Of a stretch of DNA of 64,000 nucleotides, positions 1 through 13,720 are shown one piece after another. Each line of letters begins with the position of its first letter. The first letter of the stretch is position 1. Origin of the DNA: Mobula hypostoma. Taxonomy: Eukaryota. Where the stretch lies: positions 147,438,001 to 147,502,000 of the forward strand of contig NC_086097.1 of the NCBI RefSeq assembly GCF_963921235.1. Direction: 5' to 3'. The position numbers and the translations under genes are program-made. The notes under the pieces were generated by a model. That model had not been told where the DNA came from. It saw only the letters and a program-made list of their open reading frames with translations, and made no database searches.

Positions 1-1700
1 GACGATGGTATTGAATGCCAAGGGATAGTCAATGAAGAGCATCCTGATGTATGTATCTTTGCTGTGCAGATATTCCAGGGATGAGTGAAGAGCCAATGGA
101 ATTGCAGCTGCTGTTGACCTGTTGTGCCCATAGGCAAACTGGAGCGGATCCAAGTTACTTCTCAGGCAGGTTACTTCTCTGTTACATCACCAATTCCTCA
201 AAGCACTTCATCACAGTGGATGTAAATGGTACTGGGTGATAGTCATTGAGGCAGATTACCAATGCTCTTCTTCGCCACCAGTATAAGTGAAGCTTGCTTG
301 AAGCTGTTGGGTACCTCAGACTGCCAATGCAAGAGTTTGAAGATATGGATTACTACTTCAGCCAGTTGATCAGCACAGGTCTTTAGTAGTTGGCCAAGTA
401 CCTGGTCTGGGCCAAATGCTTTCTGTGGGTTCACCACTCTGATGGATGCTTTCATGTTGGCTTCGGAGTCTGAATCACAGGGACATCGGGGTCTATTGGA
501 GTCCATGAAGAGGCCTCCATGTCTTGACACTCAAAGGGAGCATAATAGGCATCGAACTCATCTGGGAGCGAAGCTTTATAGTCTCCCATGTCATTTTGTT
601 TCACTTTGTAGGAGGTGAAAGTATTCAAGCTCTGCCACAGCTGTTGAGCATCCTGCAGTGATTCACGTTTGATCTGGAATTGTCACTTCACATGTAAAAT
701 GGCTTTCTGGAGATCACACCTGGACCTCTTGTGCTTTATTTGGTTGCCAGACCTAGATGTCACTGATCTGGCTCTCAGCAGATTGCAGATCTCATGATTC
801 ATCCGGGGCTTTTGGTTGGGGAAGATTCTGAATGATATTATGGGGACACACATTTTTTTAATATAGAGTATTTCTCTTTTTTGCACATTTTTAAAAATCT
901 CTTCAATTTATTATTCAATTCTAATAATAAATAAACAAGTAATTGATTTACTTGTTTATTCATTATTATCACATTTTATTTATTAATTATTATTTTTTTC
1001 TCTCTCTGCTAGAATATGTGTTGCATCGACCTGCTGCTGCTAAGTTAACAAATTTCACGTCACATGCCAGTGATAATGAACCTGATTCTGATTCTGATTC
1101 TGATTGTCTATGACTTTTTTTTTAACATCCGTGACAATATTGGTGCAATGGTTCAGATTCTCTGATGACTCCTTGAACATTGGTCCAGTCCACTGACTCC
1201 TTTGCCTCCCATGATTACCCCTTTGTTTTCCTTTTCTCTGGAGCGTTTCTCTTTAGCCTCTGCCTGTATGCAGGTAGGAGAAGGACAACCGAGTGCAAAA
1301 CGCTGTCCAGGTGTGGAACAGTAGGAATTCCTAATTGTAGTATAACTGTGGGAACCCTGATGCTTCAGGTGATATGTTGATGATAATTGGGCAAAGATTT
1401 CTTCAAGCAGGCCCGATGGAAATCCCCAATGATGACATGAAATGCTTTGGGTTAGGCTGTTTCTTGCTTGCTGATGGTGGCACTCTGTACATCGAGTGCC
1501 TGCTTAACAGTGGCCTTTGACAATATGTAAACTGTGGCTAGGATCATGAAGAACTTCCTTGGTAAGTAGAACAGTCAATCATTAGACGTTCCTGGTCAGG
1601 GGAATCAGACTGTGACAAGACTGTTGTATCCAAGCACTACAAAGAGTTTATCATGAAACACAAATCTCCACCTTTTGACTTCTCTGAATCAGCAGTATAG
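1..1700 (-). mobile_element. Decayed Rex1/Babar-type LINE (endonuclease to RT fragment), interrupted at ~860-1105
   Basis: Minus ORF 243..530 reads KAFGPDQVLGQLLKTCADQLAEVVIHIF...VPNSFKQASLILVAKK, the Rex1/Babar RT N-terminal motif. Upstream remnants (FHVIIGDFHRACLKKSLPNYHQHIT) resemble the AP endonuclease. Confidence 0.85.
860..1105 (+). mobile_element. Rex1-type LINE 3' end with (GATTCT)n tail, inserted in the minus-strand Rex1 copy
   Basis: The sequence ...aacaaatttcacgtcacatgccagtgataatgaacctgattctgattctgattctga has the same 3' end as the copy at ~27250-27315. Confidence 0.75.
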
Positions 1701-2324
1701 TCCATCCTATGTATCAAGAAGTGATTGTAGCCCCAATCCCCATTAAATGATTAAGATCTTTCTTTATCAATAGAAAGTGTTTTCCTCCACTAAATGTGCA
1801 GATCATTGTAGGTTCTGAGAAGATATGCCCACAAGAAAATGAATTTCAGCTTTGTATATAGTGACATATATGTACTTTGATAATAAATTTACTTTGAACT
1901 TTGAAGTCTTTGAAAGTGGTGAATTTTATATTCACTGGCAGCTCTCATTACCTCTTCATAAAGCAAACTGCTTGGGATTTTCTGTGGCAGTAGCACAAAC
2001 TCCAGGTTCCATGATCATGTCCATGTAAACCTAACATGTATAGTCATGGGTGATTGTTCTTGTGTAATGTCAGCAATGCTGTCAAATCCTAATGATCAAG
2101 ATCTCACTTTCTCTTCAATGGAATAAAAACTAATAAGTCATTCCTTCATGAATGATAAACTTTAGTTACCTCTCTGATGTTGCAAGAAGTTGCACAATTA
2201 TCTACTAGAGTGGGAGGAGATTGGTTAATGGGTGAAGGACAGAGTAGGAATAATTTATTCATCTTCAGAATGGGAGGCCATGAATGTAAATATCAGCACT
2301 GGGGCTCCGGGTGTTCGCAAAATA

Positions 2325-2912
2325 TTAGATTTTAGATTATGAGGACATGTAGTCCTCTTTTATTGTCATTTAGTAATGCATGCATTAAGATATGATACAA
2401 TATTCCTCCGGACCAAGACTGGAAAACTAACAAAAACCACATAATTATAACAAATAGTTACAACAGTGCAACAATACCATAACTTGACGAAGATCAGGCC
2501 ATGGCACAGCAAAAAAGTTCAAAGTCTCTCGAAAGTCCCACATCTCACGCAGACGGGAGAAGGAAGAAAACTCTCCCTGCCATGCCCGACCACAGTCCGA
2601 CTGTGAGTCGTCCGAAAACTTCGAGCTCCGATCAGCCCTCCGACACCGAGTACCGAGTACTATCTCTGCTGAACGCTTCAACCCCAGCCTTGGTAGCCAG
2701 CAGCAGGCAAAGCCAGGGATTTTGGGGCCTTCCCTCCGGAGATTCTTGATCGCACAGTAGCATTTCAGAAATTTCTCCAGATGTTCCTCTGTGCTTCTTG
2801 CGTCTGTCTCCATCAAATCAGAATTGTCCACAGCCCCTATTTGACAGATACAATATCATTTCACCGGAGAGCTGCGCGCGCTGCATCGCGCTACCATCTT
2901 CTCTTCCTGCCT
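2325..2912 (-). mobile_element. Non-autonomous non-LTR element (AAGATGG-type 5' end, short-repeat tail)
   Basis: On the plus strand it starts with (TTAGAT)n and TTTATT (minus-strand AATAAA) and ends gcgctaccatctt. It has no coding capacity and splits CR1 RT remnants on either side. Confidence 0.65.
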
Positions 2913-3264
2913 TCTTTGGGTAAGTTTTATATATCCAAGTTCACTGAAAGAACAAAGTCAGGAGGTATGGGCTTTGAGGTGGACCCAGGGACTAGAGGTT
3001 AAATGAATTGGTGAGAATATGGCAGATTGAATATAATATAGAAAACATTTAGGGGAAAACATTTAAAAAGTGGAGTGTTTTGAAAGATTTTGATATTCAG
3101 AAATGGGTGAGGTTATAATGCTACTAGAGATGCATCAGGAATGAAAAGGTTTACAAAGAAGGGTTGGACACATTGAAAAGCACTTAAGTGAAAATATGTG
3201 TTGATTTCAACACCCCACAATAATTCTTTAAGCCAAGGTCAAAGCCTTGTACAATGAAATACAT

Positions 3265-3455
3265 ATAAAGTACAGGAAGAACTCAGTAGGTCAGGCAGCA
3301 TCTATGGAAATTAATAAACAGTCAAAGATTTATCAGGTGTTGGCCCAAAACATTGACTGCTTATTCATTTCCATAGATACTGTCTGACCTGCTGCATTCC
3401 TCCAGCATATTGAGTGTGCTGCTCAGGATTTCCAGCACCTGCAGGATCTCTTGTA
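3265..3455. mobile_element. Short palindromic remnant of Penelope-like 3' ends
   Basis: gaactcagtaggtcaggcagcatctatggaaat...aaacagtcaa is followed by its reverse complement ttgactgc...ttccatagatactgtctgacctgctgcattcc. Confidence 0.75.
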
Positions 3456-3479
3456 CTTATACAATGAAACCAATTTGGA

Positions 3480-4560
3480 ATCTGAAATTAACAGGCTCCT
3501 CAGAGAGAAAATAATTGACTTTATTCTGAATATAACAGACACATTGTGGCAGTGGTTGATCCATCAGGAGATGTGGAGAATACATGTCATAATAACGTAG
3601 TCTCATCCCTGGAACAGTATCAAGTCTGAAGTGTATCAATTCACTGATTGGTGCATATCAATAGATGATGTTCGGGAAGCAGTCAACACACAAGGACTTG
3701 TTGACATATAACAGACGACCCTTCAGAGTTTTGTCAGTATCCATGTTTCAGAGAACCATCGAGGAGATGTTGCAAGCATTCCAAGTTCACTCTGTAAGCT
3801 CAATATCATGATATTGAGAGATGAGAGCTTAGAGAGATGAACACTGTGAAAGGGTGTGAATCCAAAGTAGAGAGAAGCTCAAGAAAAGGCTTTTTACCAA
3901 AGAGTTGCTACAATCTGCTGATTTGCTCATCTTCTGATCAATAGGTAGAGAGTTATCCTTGTCTTGTCATGATTCATCACATGATCTTGGTATTTGTTGT
4001 CCTATAGAGTGGAAGGTAGTTCTGAACAGCTGATAGGTTTATGTCCAGAGCAATGGTTGCAGAAGAGACATAATACTCCTGGCTGGATAAAGAAAGGTTA
4101 GCCATTATATTTGGATGTATTAATAGATTATTATTTCACCATTTTCACTGATAAAAAAAAAACTTCAGTTTCTCAGTACCATAAAATGAAGGCAGTGCCT
4201 CAGAAGATTTGGCCATCAATGTAACGATGGGTTTTGACCTTGAAAGCACATGAGCACACGATTGTTTTCAAAGCTGAGAAATACCATGGAAACGCGGAAG
4301 CTCTCAGTCATTTTCTAGTGCCAGAAAAGACGGCTGATGATGGAATACCGGGCCAAAGTTCTAATGATAAATCATCTGGATATTATGTGTGAGAGTACAA
4401 TGATAATCAGACAGTGGACAGCAAACAATACTGAATTGCCTTAAGAGGAGGTCAGATGTTCCACCAGACAGAGGAAATCTCTATAGTATTTGAAATAAAC
4501 TGTTCAATAATATTGAATTAGTTTAGAATGGGGAAGATTGTAATGTATGTATATACATAA
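3480..4560 (+). mobile_element. Highly decayed Gypsy pol fragments (RT, RNase H)
   Basis: Remnants resembling the Gypsy RT NTxxGLxxYxRxPF motif at ~3680 (with a frameshift) and RWVLTLKAHEHTIVFKAEKYHGNAEALSH at ~4225-4310, followed by a purine tract and TGTAATG at ~4530-4545. Confidence 0.65.
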
Positions 4561-6144
4561 TTTGTGTGGTTGTATATAATTGAAAGTATATCATAAATTG
4601 GTGTTCTTCTCCAGCCAGCAGGGATCATGGTGCAATTTTGGGAAGTGGGGGTATGGGGCTGGGTGTGTTCAGAGGCAGTCTGAAGCTCAGCCGCCACTGT
4701 TTTGTATGTTAAGGCAGTCCATCTATTCAGAGCCTGTGATAGTCATGGCAACAATTCATAATCAAAAATCATTAAAGTAATTGTTTAGAGAACCCTACAA
4801 AACAGGTCAGAATTTTGAATTTGGATTTTTTTAGCATCATGCCATGATCGCTTAAGTCCATTCACCATTATTTAATGGTAGCATTATTTATTTCTAATCC
4901 CTGCAGCTGCATGCCAGTATTAAAACACCCAGCACAACACATCTTTAGTTTAGCTCAGTAAATGAATCGTTGTTACAAGGCACAATCTTCTCAGTATATT
5001 GGACAGAGATTATTCTTTGAAATTCAACATGCAGTCTGAGCCAAAGTCTATTTTTGCTTTGATGTGGAAATTTATTTAACCTTTAATAAAATGGCATTCC
5101 AAACAAATTAGATGATTCAGTAACCCATTTATTTTAATCAGCCTGAAGCTAAAAGATCTGAGTCAGAGCTGCTTTATTGATGACCCCAGTAGAACTCTGC
5201 ATGATGTGGTGCATGCAGGTTACATTGCAATGTTGCTGAATGTCAATTTTGTTCTTCAGCATCGAGGGGAAGTAGACTTTAACTATTTGTTCAATTGTTC
5301 CCACTGGGGATTAGCTCTCAGAGTGATTGTAAGGCTGTGTTTGCTAGAGGTTGTTTGCTTTTTTGCATCTTGAATTTTCTGTACTTTGGGGCGCTAACTA
5401 CTGAAGCTGGCTGGATAAAATAACAGAGTGGAAATGTCTGTAGTTGACAGAATTCGGAGCCAGAATTTCTAGGTTTGGATTGTCACCCGGGAATTCAGCA
5501 CATAACCTAGGTAAATATGGACGACTGGACTGAGGAGTGCTGTATTGTCAGAAATGCTACTTAGTGAATAATTTTTAAGGAAGTCCTACTCTGTCCGAGC
5601 ACTGCATTTTTAGACAGGTCATCTGGTGAACAATTCGCTGCATTGTCAAATGTGATGCCAAGTAAACAATTCCCAGGTACAGCCGTTCTTCTTCAAAGGA
5701 GGGTTCTTATGAAGTAGGTGAAGGTGGGCTGAATTGCCAGGAGTACCATGTATTGGGCAGAGTTGATACCTGTTGAAAAATATTGAGTAAGTGCCGCAAA
5801 ATCAAAGTCTCGAGATGATATAGAGGGTGCTATCAAAGTGAAAAAAATGAAGGGTTTGTGCTAAAATACAACACGGAGTGATCAATGTCATGTTAAAGTT
5901 GAGCTAATGAAACAATACTGAAGGTGTTGCTCCATGAAGACTATCGAACGATGACTGCTTTGGGAGATGCCATCAAGTGAACATTATTGTGACAGCGCGT
6001 TTTCATTGGAGGTGCTGCTGATTGGTGAATCACATCATTGAAGATGTTTTCATTTTAAAACTATTAAGAAATTACTTCTTTATCTGAGGCCCATTTTTCC
6101 AAATGTATTCATTGTGTGATATGGATATCACTGGCAAAGTAAAT

Positions 6145-6728
6145 AGATTCAGATACTGATTCATTTATGTATCACATGTACATCAAAAAATATGTCCCTT
6201 GCATTAACAACCAACACAACCTCAGGATGTGCTGGACAGCCCACAAGTGTCGTCACACATTCCAGCCCCAAAATAGAATGCCCAGAATGTTCTACAGAAT
6301 AATACAAGCAACAGCAACAGCAGAACAAGTCCCTTTCCCCCCACACATCCACCCATTCATACTCACAGACAGACCACCAACCTCCCAGAACAGGCCTCTA
6401 ACCTCCAATCCCTGGCCCATACTCACAGATATCAGGCCTTGACTTCCAGACATGCTGACTCAGTCTTCAACCTTTGGGTTTCGAACTCAAGAATTGACAC
6501 CAGAACTCGTCGATCGCAGATCATTGGTCTTTGACCACAGAGTGCTCTGACCTGGACTCTGACCGCCAGCCTCTGCTTCTGACCTTGTACACCCCCTCAT
6601 CCCTGTCCCTAAACCCTAACCTGAGCCCTAATTCTCTGCACTGTCCCCAAAATCATCCCTACAAACCTGAAAAATAACTAAGTCTGAGGCACAACCTCGA
6701 TGGACATCACAGCTCAGCACCATCTCGA
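6145..6728 (-). mobile_element. Non-autonomous Rex1-tailed element, related to 46255-46740
   Basis: Starts tcagatactgattcatttatgtatcacatg on plus and ends cagcaccatctcga. Shares its tail and body with 46255-46740. Confidence 0.6.
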
Positions 6729-7064
6729 CCAGAACGTGTTTATTAATCATCCTTATTTCCCCTTGAGCAGAATAATCTACTGGCTTTTTCTGAGGGCAGA
6801 TAGATGTTAGCAAAATAGCACTAAGTCTGGTATCAAATGTAGACCAGCCTGGGTAAGAGGTGATTACATTTCTGTAGGACATCAGTAAAACAATTGTATT
6901 TTCATAGAACATTGGTAGTTTCCTCATAATTGGTGTAATTCTTTTAATTTTATGTATTTAAATATCCCCATTACCATGGTAAAATTTGAATTCATGTCCC
7001 AAGACAGGATAAGCTGGTGTGCAAGTTCAGAAAAGAGATGTTATAAAAGAGGATATCAATTAAA

Positions 7065-7600
7065 ATCAGATTCAGAGTCAGGTTTATTGTCACAGTCATA
7101 TATGACATGAAATTTGGTGTTTTGATGCAACAGTACATGGCAAAAGCATAAGTTACAAAATAAATAGTTCAAAACGTGAATAATGAGGAAGTCTTCATGA
7201 GATCCTAGCCCATTTAGAAACCTGATGGCAGGGAAAAGGAAGTGTTTCTGAATTATTTAGTGTGGATGTTCAGACTCCTGTATCTCCTCCCTGATGGTGG
7301 CAACAAAAATAGAGCATGCCCTGGATGGTTTGAGTCCCTAGTGATAGATACCACCTTTCTGAGGCACTGCTCCTTGAAGATGTCCTCGATGTTAGGGAGT
7401 GATGTTCCCATGATGGAGCCAGATGACTCTACAACCCTTTGCAGCTATTTGCAATCCTGTGGATTGGAGGCTCTGTACCAAGCTGTGATACAACCAGTCC
7501 GAACAGCAAATTGCAAATGTCTTTAGTGACCTAGCAAATCTCCTCAAACTCCTCACAAAGCAGATCCACGGCTCTACCTACTTTGTGATTGCATCAACAT
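7065..7600 (-). mobile_element. Rex1/Babar LINE 3' fragment
   Basis: Tail aatcagattcagagtcaggtttattg, then a minus-strand RT C-terminal region similar to 9500-9830 and 26900-27130. Confidence 0.75.
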
Positions 7601-8679
7601 GTAAACTGCATAATTCACTTGCTGGTCCCCATTGCACTGCTGCCTGGTTGAGTCTCCTTGATGGATGCAGTTTGTGGTGGGGATCTTGGTGACTCTGAAA
7701 TCCAAAAGCTGTAAGCTCAAAGATTTCCACTGTCACAGCAAAATACTCAGTACCTACGTCTAATCCTACAGAACGCATACCATTGAACTGTATATTGTGG
7801 AAACTGTAGTATTTATGAATTTTACACATTATATTTACCAAAGATGAATGACAAAATATTATTTTAAGTTTCCTTTTTAAAACTGCCATTTAAACTTTAT
7901 TACTCATTATCAATACTAGATCTTGTTCATTATCACAATCCAACAGAAACCTCTTCCTTTCACTTCATTCATGGTAAATGATAAACTTTAATACATTAGA
8001 CAAATGAGGAATGGAGTAATTGAATGCAGCTCTGAGTCAAATGATGTAGTCAGCATATACAGCATGCGTACAAGATACAGTTCTTCCTTGAAAATGTAAC
8101 AAGAGCTTATTTGCTGACTTAAGTACAGTGCAATGTAGAGAATACAGAACGAAGAAGAATTAAGGCTGGATTATAGTCATTCTGTCCAAATGATAATTGC
8201 CTGCAGAATCAACTACAAAACAATAATCCCTACCCTGAATATTTATATTGATCTGTCATGAAATGTTAATAAACACTTGAAGCATCGAGTGTGGACTAAG
8301 ACTGAACAAACTACTATAGTGATTAGGTTATGACAAGCTTGTGTCTTAAGAAACCCGTGGGCAAAGTGAGAATTGGAAGTCTGAAGAAACTGATGAATTT
8401 AAACATTAAACGTGTACAGAATAAACAAGATATCATCTATTTCTATCAATTTTGGTTGTGAAAAGGAGAAGGATGGGCGGAAGGAAGCAGCATATTTTAA
8501 GAATATTTTAACATTTGGAATAAGAACAAAATTAGATAATTCAGCCCTTCAAACTTGCTCTATTAATCAAACATTATAGATAATCTGTTATTCAACTCTA
8601 CTTGCCCATCTTTCATCCACATCCTTCATTTCTCTAACTTCACTAAAATCTCAAACAAGAGAAGATCTGTCCTATTCAA

Positions 8680-9965
8680 TTTAGTTTTAAAGGCTTTGCT
8701 TAACTGCCAGCTAGAACCTTTTTATGGAAGAGACCTTGACATCCAGCATTAAAAAGTGCTTCAAGAAGCTGGTCGTGGCATACATTAAGTTCAGCCTGTC
8801 AGACAACCTGAACCCACTGCAGTTTATCTACCACCAAGACATGTCTACAGTGATCCTTCCTCCCTGGATCTACACTCATCCTAGAGTATCTGAACAGTAA
8901 AGACATCTATATAAAGTGACTGGTTATTGACTACAGCTCCACCTTCAGTACTATAATTCCAAGCAAACTCATCTCCAAATTCCTAGACCTGGGACTCAAC
9001 ACCTCCCTTGGCAACTGGACCATTGTCTTCCTGACCAACAGTCTGTAATCAATGAGAATAGGCAGCAACACCTAGCCACAATATCTAATGCCTCACATGG
9101 CTACACCCTCAGCTCCCTTCTCTACTCCCAATACATTCAAAACTGCATGGTCAGATTTTGCTCTAATTCAATCTACAAGTTTGCAAATGATACCATGTTA
9201 GTGGGCTGTATTCCAAATGAGTCCAAGTACATGAAGGTGATAAAAAGCCTCATGACATAGTGTCATGACAAAATGTTACCCTCAATGTTAACTAAGCAAA
9301 ATATCTGCTCATTGACTTCAGGAGAAGGGGTGGCGCACATCCTGTTTACATCACTGATGCTTAGGTCAAGAGGGTTGAGAGTTTCAAGTTACAAGGAATG
9401 AATATCATCAAAGCCTGTCCTGGTCCAACCACATAAACACCATGGTCAAGAAATCTCAATAGCACATCTACTTCCTCAGGAGGCTAAACAGGATTGACAA
9501 GTCCCTTTTGATGCTCACCAATTTTTATCAATGGATCATAGAAAGCATCCTATCTTGATGTATCATGACTTGGTATAGTAACTGCTCTGCTTCTAGCTGC
9601 AAGAAACTTCAGAGAGTTATGGACATGGCTCAGCACAGCACAGAGACCAACTTCCATAGACTTTGTCAGCACTTTGTGCTGCCTCATTAAAGCAGCCAGC
9701 ATAATCAAAGACTTTGTCTCTCCTGCAGACATTCTCTCTTTTCCCCTCTCCCACTGGACAGAAGATACAAAAACTTAAAGCACATAGCATTAGGCTCAAG
9801 AACAACTTCTGTCTCACTGGTGCAAGACTATCAAATGGTTCCTGATATAAAAATATGGACTCTTAACTTCGGCATACCTCGCTATAACTCTACAACTTAT
9901 TGTCTACCTGCACTGGACTTTCTTAGTACCTCAATGCACTGTTGTAATTAATTGATCTTTATGAA
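8680..9965 (+). mobile_element. Decayed Rex1/Babar LINE RT and 3' end
   Basis: [42 protein letters not shown] and KFANDTMLVG (RT catalytic region), with many stops. Confidence 0.85.
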
Positions 9966-10337
9966 TGGGACAATGTTCACTATACCTTAAGAAAATTGAG
10001 AACAGTAAATCAATTTTAATTTATTTTAGTTTTCATAAGGGGGTGTTGGGAGTGGACCCAAATGCAAGACACAGACACTGAAGTACTACGAACAGGACAA
10101 GGTTTATTGAGAAAGCAAGGGGAGTCAGGAAGAAACGACACTAGACATGGACACAGGCCCTGGACGAGACAAGGACACTGGGCCTGGGCTAGGACTAAGA
10201 CTAGGAAAGCAGGACCAGGACAAGGAACTTGGAACTAGGAGCCTAGGCTAGGACTCCGAGCCAGAGACTGGACAGGGACCTGGAATCTGGGTCTTGACTC
10301 GGGCTCGGACCCCAGATCTAGGCGAGGACAAGACGCG

Positions 10338-11196
10338 TGTCATACAGGGGTGGGGGGTGCAGGGAGCAGACCCAAATGTAAGACACAGACACTGAAGTAC
10401 TAGGAACAGGACTTGACTAGAGAGCTGGGACAAGAATACAGACTCGGGCTAGGACATTGGCGAGGCAAGCAGGACCAGGACTAGGAACTGGGAACTAAGA
10501 GCCTAGACTTGGACTCTGAGCCAGAGACTGGACATGGACCCAGACCTGGGTCTTGACACGGGCTCGGACCCTGGAACTAGGTGAGGACATGATGAGGCTA
10601 CAGGACATGACGAGGCTTGGGTTCCTCGAGGCGAGGACATGACAAGGCTTGGGTTCCCCGAGGCGAGGACATGACAAGGCTCGAGTTCCTCGAGGCGACG
10701 ACATGACAAGGCTTGGGTTCGGACTCCGAGCCAGAGACTGGACATGGACCCAGACCTGGGTCTTGACTCGGGTTCTGACTCCAGAACTATGCAAAGACAT
10801 GACGTGATCTTGGGAGACAGGACTAGGCAGGCTACAGGACAGAACAAGAGACGCCTGGGCAAGACGAGAGAACTCCAGCACAGGACGAAGCACATGGACA
10901 GGACGAGAACACAAAGCACAGGAACAGCAAGGCTCCGATCTAGCTCCAGCGGTAGAACTTGACAGCAATGCAGGCAAGGCTTCAGGCAGAAGGTGAAGCA
11001 AACAGTCCAACAACTGAAGCTGAACCGAGGAGCTATTTATGTAGCCAGCCCAAAATGTGAATTAGAGCACCCAACAGAAAAAGGGAAAACCAGAAAACCT
11101 GGAATAAGGAATATGGACCGGACCGTGAACCGGAATTCGGACTTCGCGGTCCGGACCGTGAACCGGAATCCGGTCTTCGCAGACCGGACCGTGACA
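10338..11196 (-). mobile_element. Inner solo LTR (859 bp) nested in the related LTR
   Basis: TGTCA at 10338 and TGACA ending at 11196. 5-bp TSD ACGCG (10333-10337) / ACGTG (11197-11201). Termini are homologous to those of the outer LTR. Confidence 0.85.
10600..10720. repeat. 32-bp tandem repeat (~3.7 copies) inside the inner LTR
   Basis: Unit aggacatgacaaggcttgggttcctcgaggcg is repeated. A separate ~33-bp unit (ccggaccgtgaaccggaa...) repeats at 11117-11196. Confidence 0.85.
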
Positions 11197-13599
11197 ACGT
11201 GGCTACATGACTGGACGTGGAACTCCTGCATAGGACGAGGCACTTGGACTGGGCGAGGTTCTTGGACGTGCCTAGGACTGGGCAAAGGAACTTCAGCACT
11301 GGGCGAGAGAACTCTAGCACAGGACTTGGCTCTTGGACTAGGCTAGGCTAGGCTCGGCTCGGTTAGGCCCTTGGGTATGAAGCCGGGACTCCTCCTTGGA
11401 GCGCAGGGCCAGGACCCTTTCTAGGACGCAGGGCTGGGATGACTGCCGAGGATACTTGCCAAGGTAAACTGCTGAGGTAACTGTCGGGGATTTGGATGGG
11501 GATGATCCAGCACATGACGAGAAATGCCAGCACAGGATGAGAACACAAAGCCTTGACTTGGACAGGACTGGAACACTGCACCTGGAACTTGGAACACAGG
11601 AACACAGAAAACAGAACAGGGACCCCTCCTTGGGAACAAGACATAGGCCGGGACTCGTACATGGAACACCGAGCCAGGACCTCTCCTTAGATACAAGACA
11701 TAGGGCCAGGACTCTTCCAGACATGGGACACTAAACATGAGGATACAAAGAGACAGCTCCAAAGTCAACGACAGATTGTTCCTTGTCCTGACAGGACAAG
11801 GTTCCAGTCTCTCTCCGGCAGGTTAACTTGACAGGGAATTCTGGTGAAGAGGCAGACGAAGGTAGCAGGCAAGGATTCAGAAGGAAGGGGAAGAGAACGG
11901 TCCAGCAGGGAATCCTTGGTTTGAGAGGTATTTATGTATAGCCCAAAACGAGAATCAGGTGCCTCAATGAAGGCACCCAGTGGAACAAGGGAAAAACAGG
12001 AAAACCCAGAATAAGGATCGATGAACCGGACGGTGAACTGGAATGTGGATGTCACAGACCAGACTATGACATTATTAATGCTTGATAAGTGGATTATTTC
12101 CCAGGTAGCTTAGACCTATTTGATGATGGAGATCTGGAAAAAGCTCTGCAATGGCAAAGGCACATGAAATGTTTGTGCAATTGCCAATAGAATACTTCTT
12201 ATGTATTTAACCTCTGGGTAGGGAAAGGACAGGTACATCTTTGGATCATAGAAAACATGATGGTTGTATATCGCCTCAGAAATACCCCACAGAAAACTTA
12301 GTCATTTCATTAACCTGTTAACTCTTGACAAACAGTATCATCCCTGTTGTTCTTCAGTTACTAGTTACACCCTTTTACTTTTTCCTCCCTTCCTCATTTT
12401 CCCGGTCTCTATAGTTACATAAGACCAGTTACATCTCTCACTATTTCTATCCTGTGTACATGTAATCAACCTGAAATATTAAATTTTTTTCTCTCCATTG
12501 CTGTTGGCATTCATTGCATTTTCTGGCCTTCTATTTCAGTTTTCATCATCAGCCATATTTTATACACAGTAAACAATTCATGAGGTTTAAAATGTAGGAT
12601 TACTGAAATACAAGTAGGAAGGAGAAATGCCTAGGAGTGAGAGTAAAGCAGGGGGTTTGTTTTGATTATGATGTGATCCTAAATGGGAAAAACAAGATGA
12701 GTTGCATAAGAGAGACATAAGGAACTGCAGATACTGGAATCTGGAGGAACAAACAACCTGCTGAGAGAACCAAACAAGTTGAGCACCATTTATTGAGGTA
12801 AAGGAATTGTTGACATTTTGTGTTGAAACCCTGCATCAAGACTAATCGCACAATGTATTTCACCATAATCACCTTCTGATTCAGTCCCACAGATGGACAA
12901 TAAAAGTCCTTGTTGTAAAGAGCCCTACACCAATAATCTACCATACATGTTAAATTATTCACTTTAAAAAGTCTATTTATTCAGAAAGAAAAGCTAAATA
13001 TAGGATGTGATATGACAGCATGTTATGAAACTCAATATATTTTGCACAGAAGTCTTTGTTTAAATATTGCAACTTGATAATAATTTAACCTCACTTTCAT
13101 CTTTATTACTGTCAACAGAATATTTGCCTGTTGCCTAGATGATTTCAGCTGCAAAATCTTTAATATATGTTGCACCTAAGCTACTTCATCTTGAGCTTAA
13201 GCACTCATTCCCTACAGTGCATAGGCCACATTTAATTATCAGCAGGAAACTCTACGATAGTTCATTAGGGATTCCCAAAGAATCATAATCTCACAAGTGT
13301 ACATTAAATGTTTTAATTATGGACAAAGCAATGAATTGAAAATTATTGCCTCTCACATCAAGGCAGGATTTGACTGAATGCTTTGGCACAATTTCAAGTC
13401 TTTCAATGAAGCTTCTGGCCTTTCTATTCCTTTCTTCCTGCTTTCCCAAGAACGCCTCTCCTCTTTCCTCCTTGACTCTGCTCTCTCCTCCATGACTCCT
13501 TCCTTCCTCTCTTTTAGCACTAATCCCTCACCACCATTCACTTCTCTCCTCTCCTCTCCTTTGCATTTTCCTTCAAGATTTGTGCCCTTCCCTCCTTTT

Positions 13600-13720
13600 G
13601 GTCCAAGACCCTTCAGCAGGACTGACTGAAGGATCTCAGCCTGGAATGTCGACTGTACTCTTTTCCATAGATGCTGCCTGGCCTGTAGAGTTCCTCCAAC
13701 ATTTTGTGAGTGATAGCCAG
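13600..13720 (+). mobile_element. Penelope-like 3' end fragment with short inverted head
   Basis: agacccttcagcaggactg (inverted) is followed by actgaaggatctcagcctggaatgtcgactgtactcttttccatagatgctgcctggcctg. Confidence 0.75.

Larger units (their letters stand above)
10031..12071 (-). mobile_element. Outer solo LTR (Gypsy-like) containing a nested related LTR
   Basis: Ends TTTCA (degenerate TGTCA) at 10031 and TGACA at 12071. Flanks TTAGT/TTATT form a 5-bp TSD with one mismatch. Minus strand has a TATA-like CATAAATA at ~11929-11936 and AATAAA at 10103-10108. Confidence 0.75.

Noticed and set aside
10248..12055. Many overlapping 60-170 aa ORFs as genes
   Set aside because: They arise from GC-rich, strand-skewed tandem repeats inside solo LTRs. 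The translations are repetitive and show no domain.
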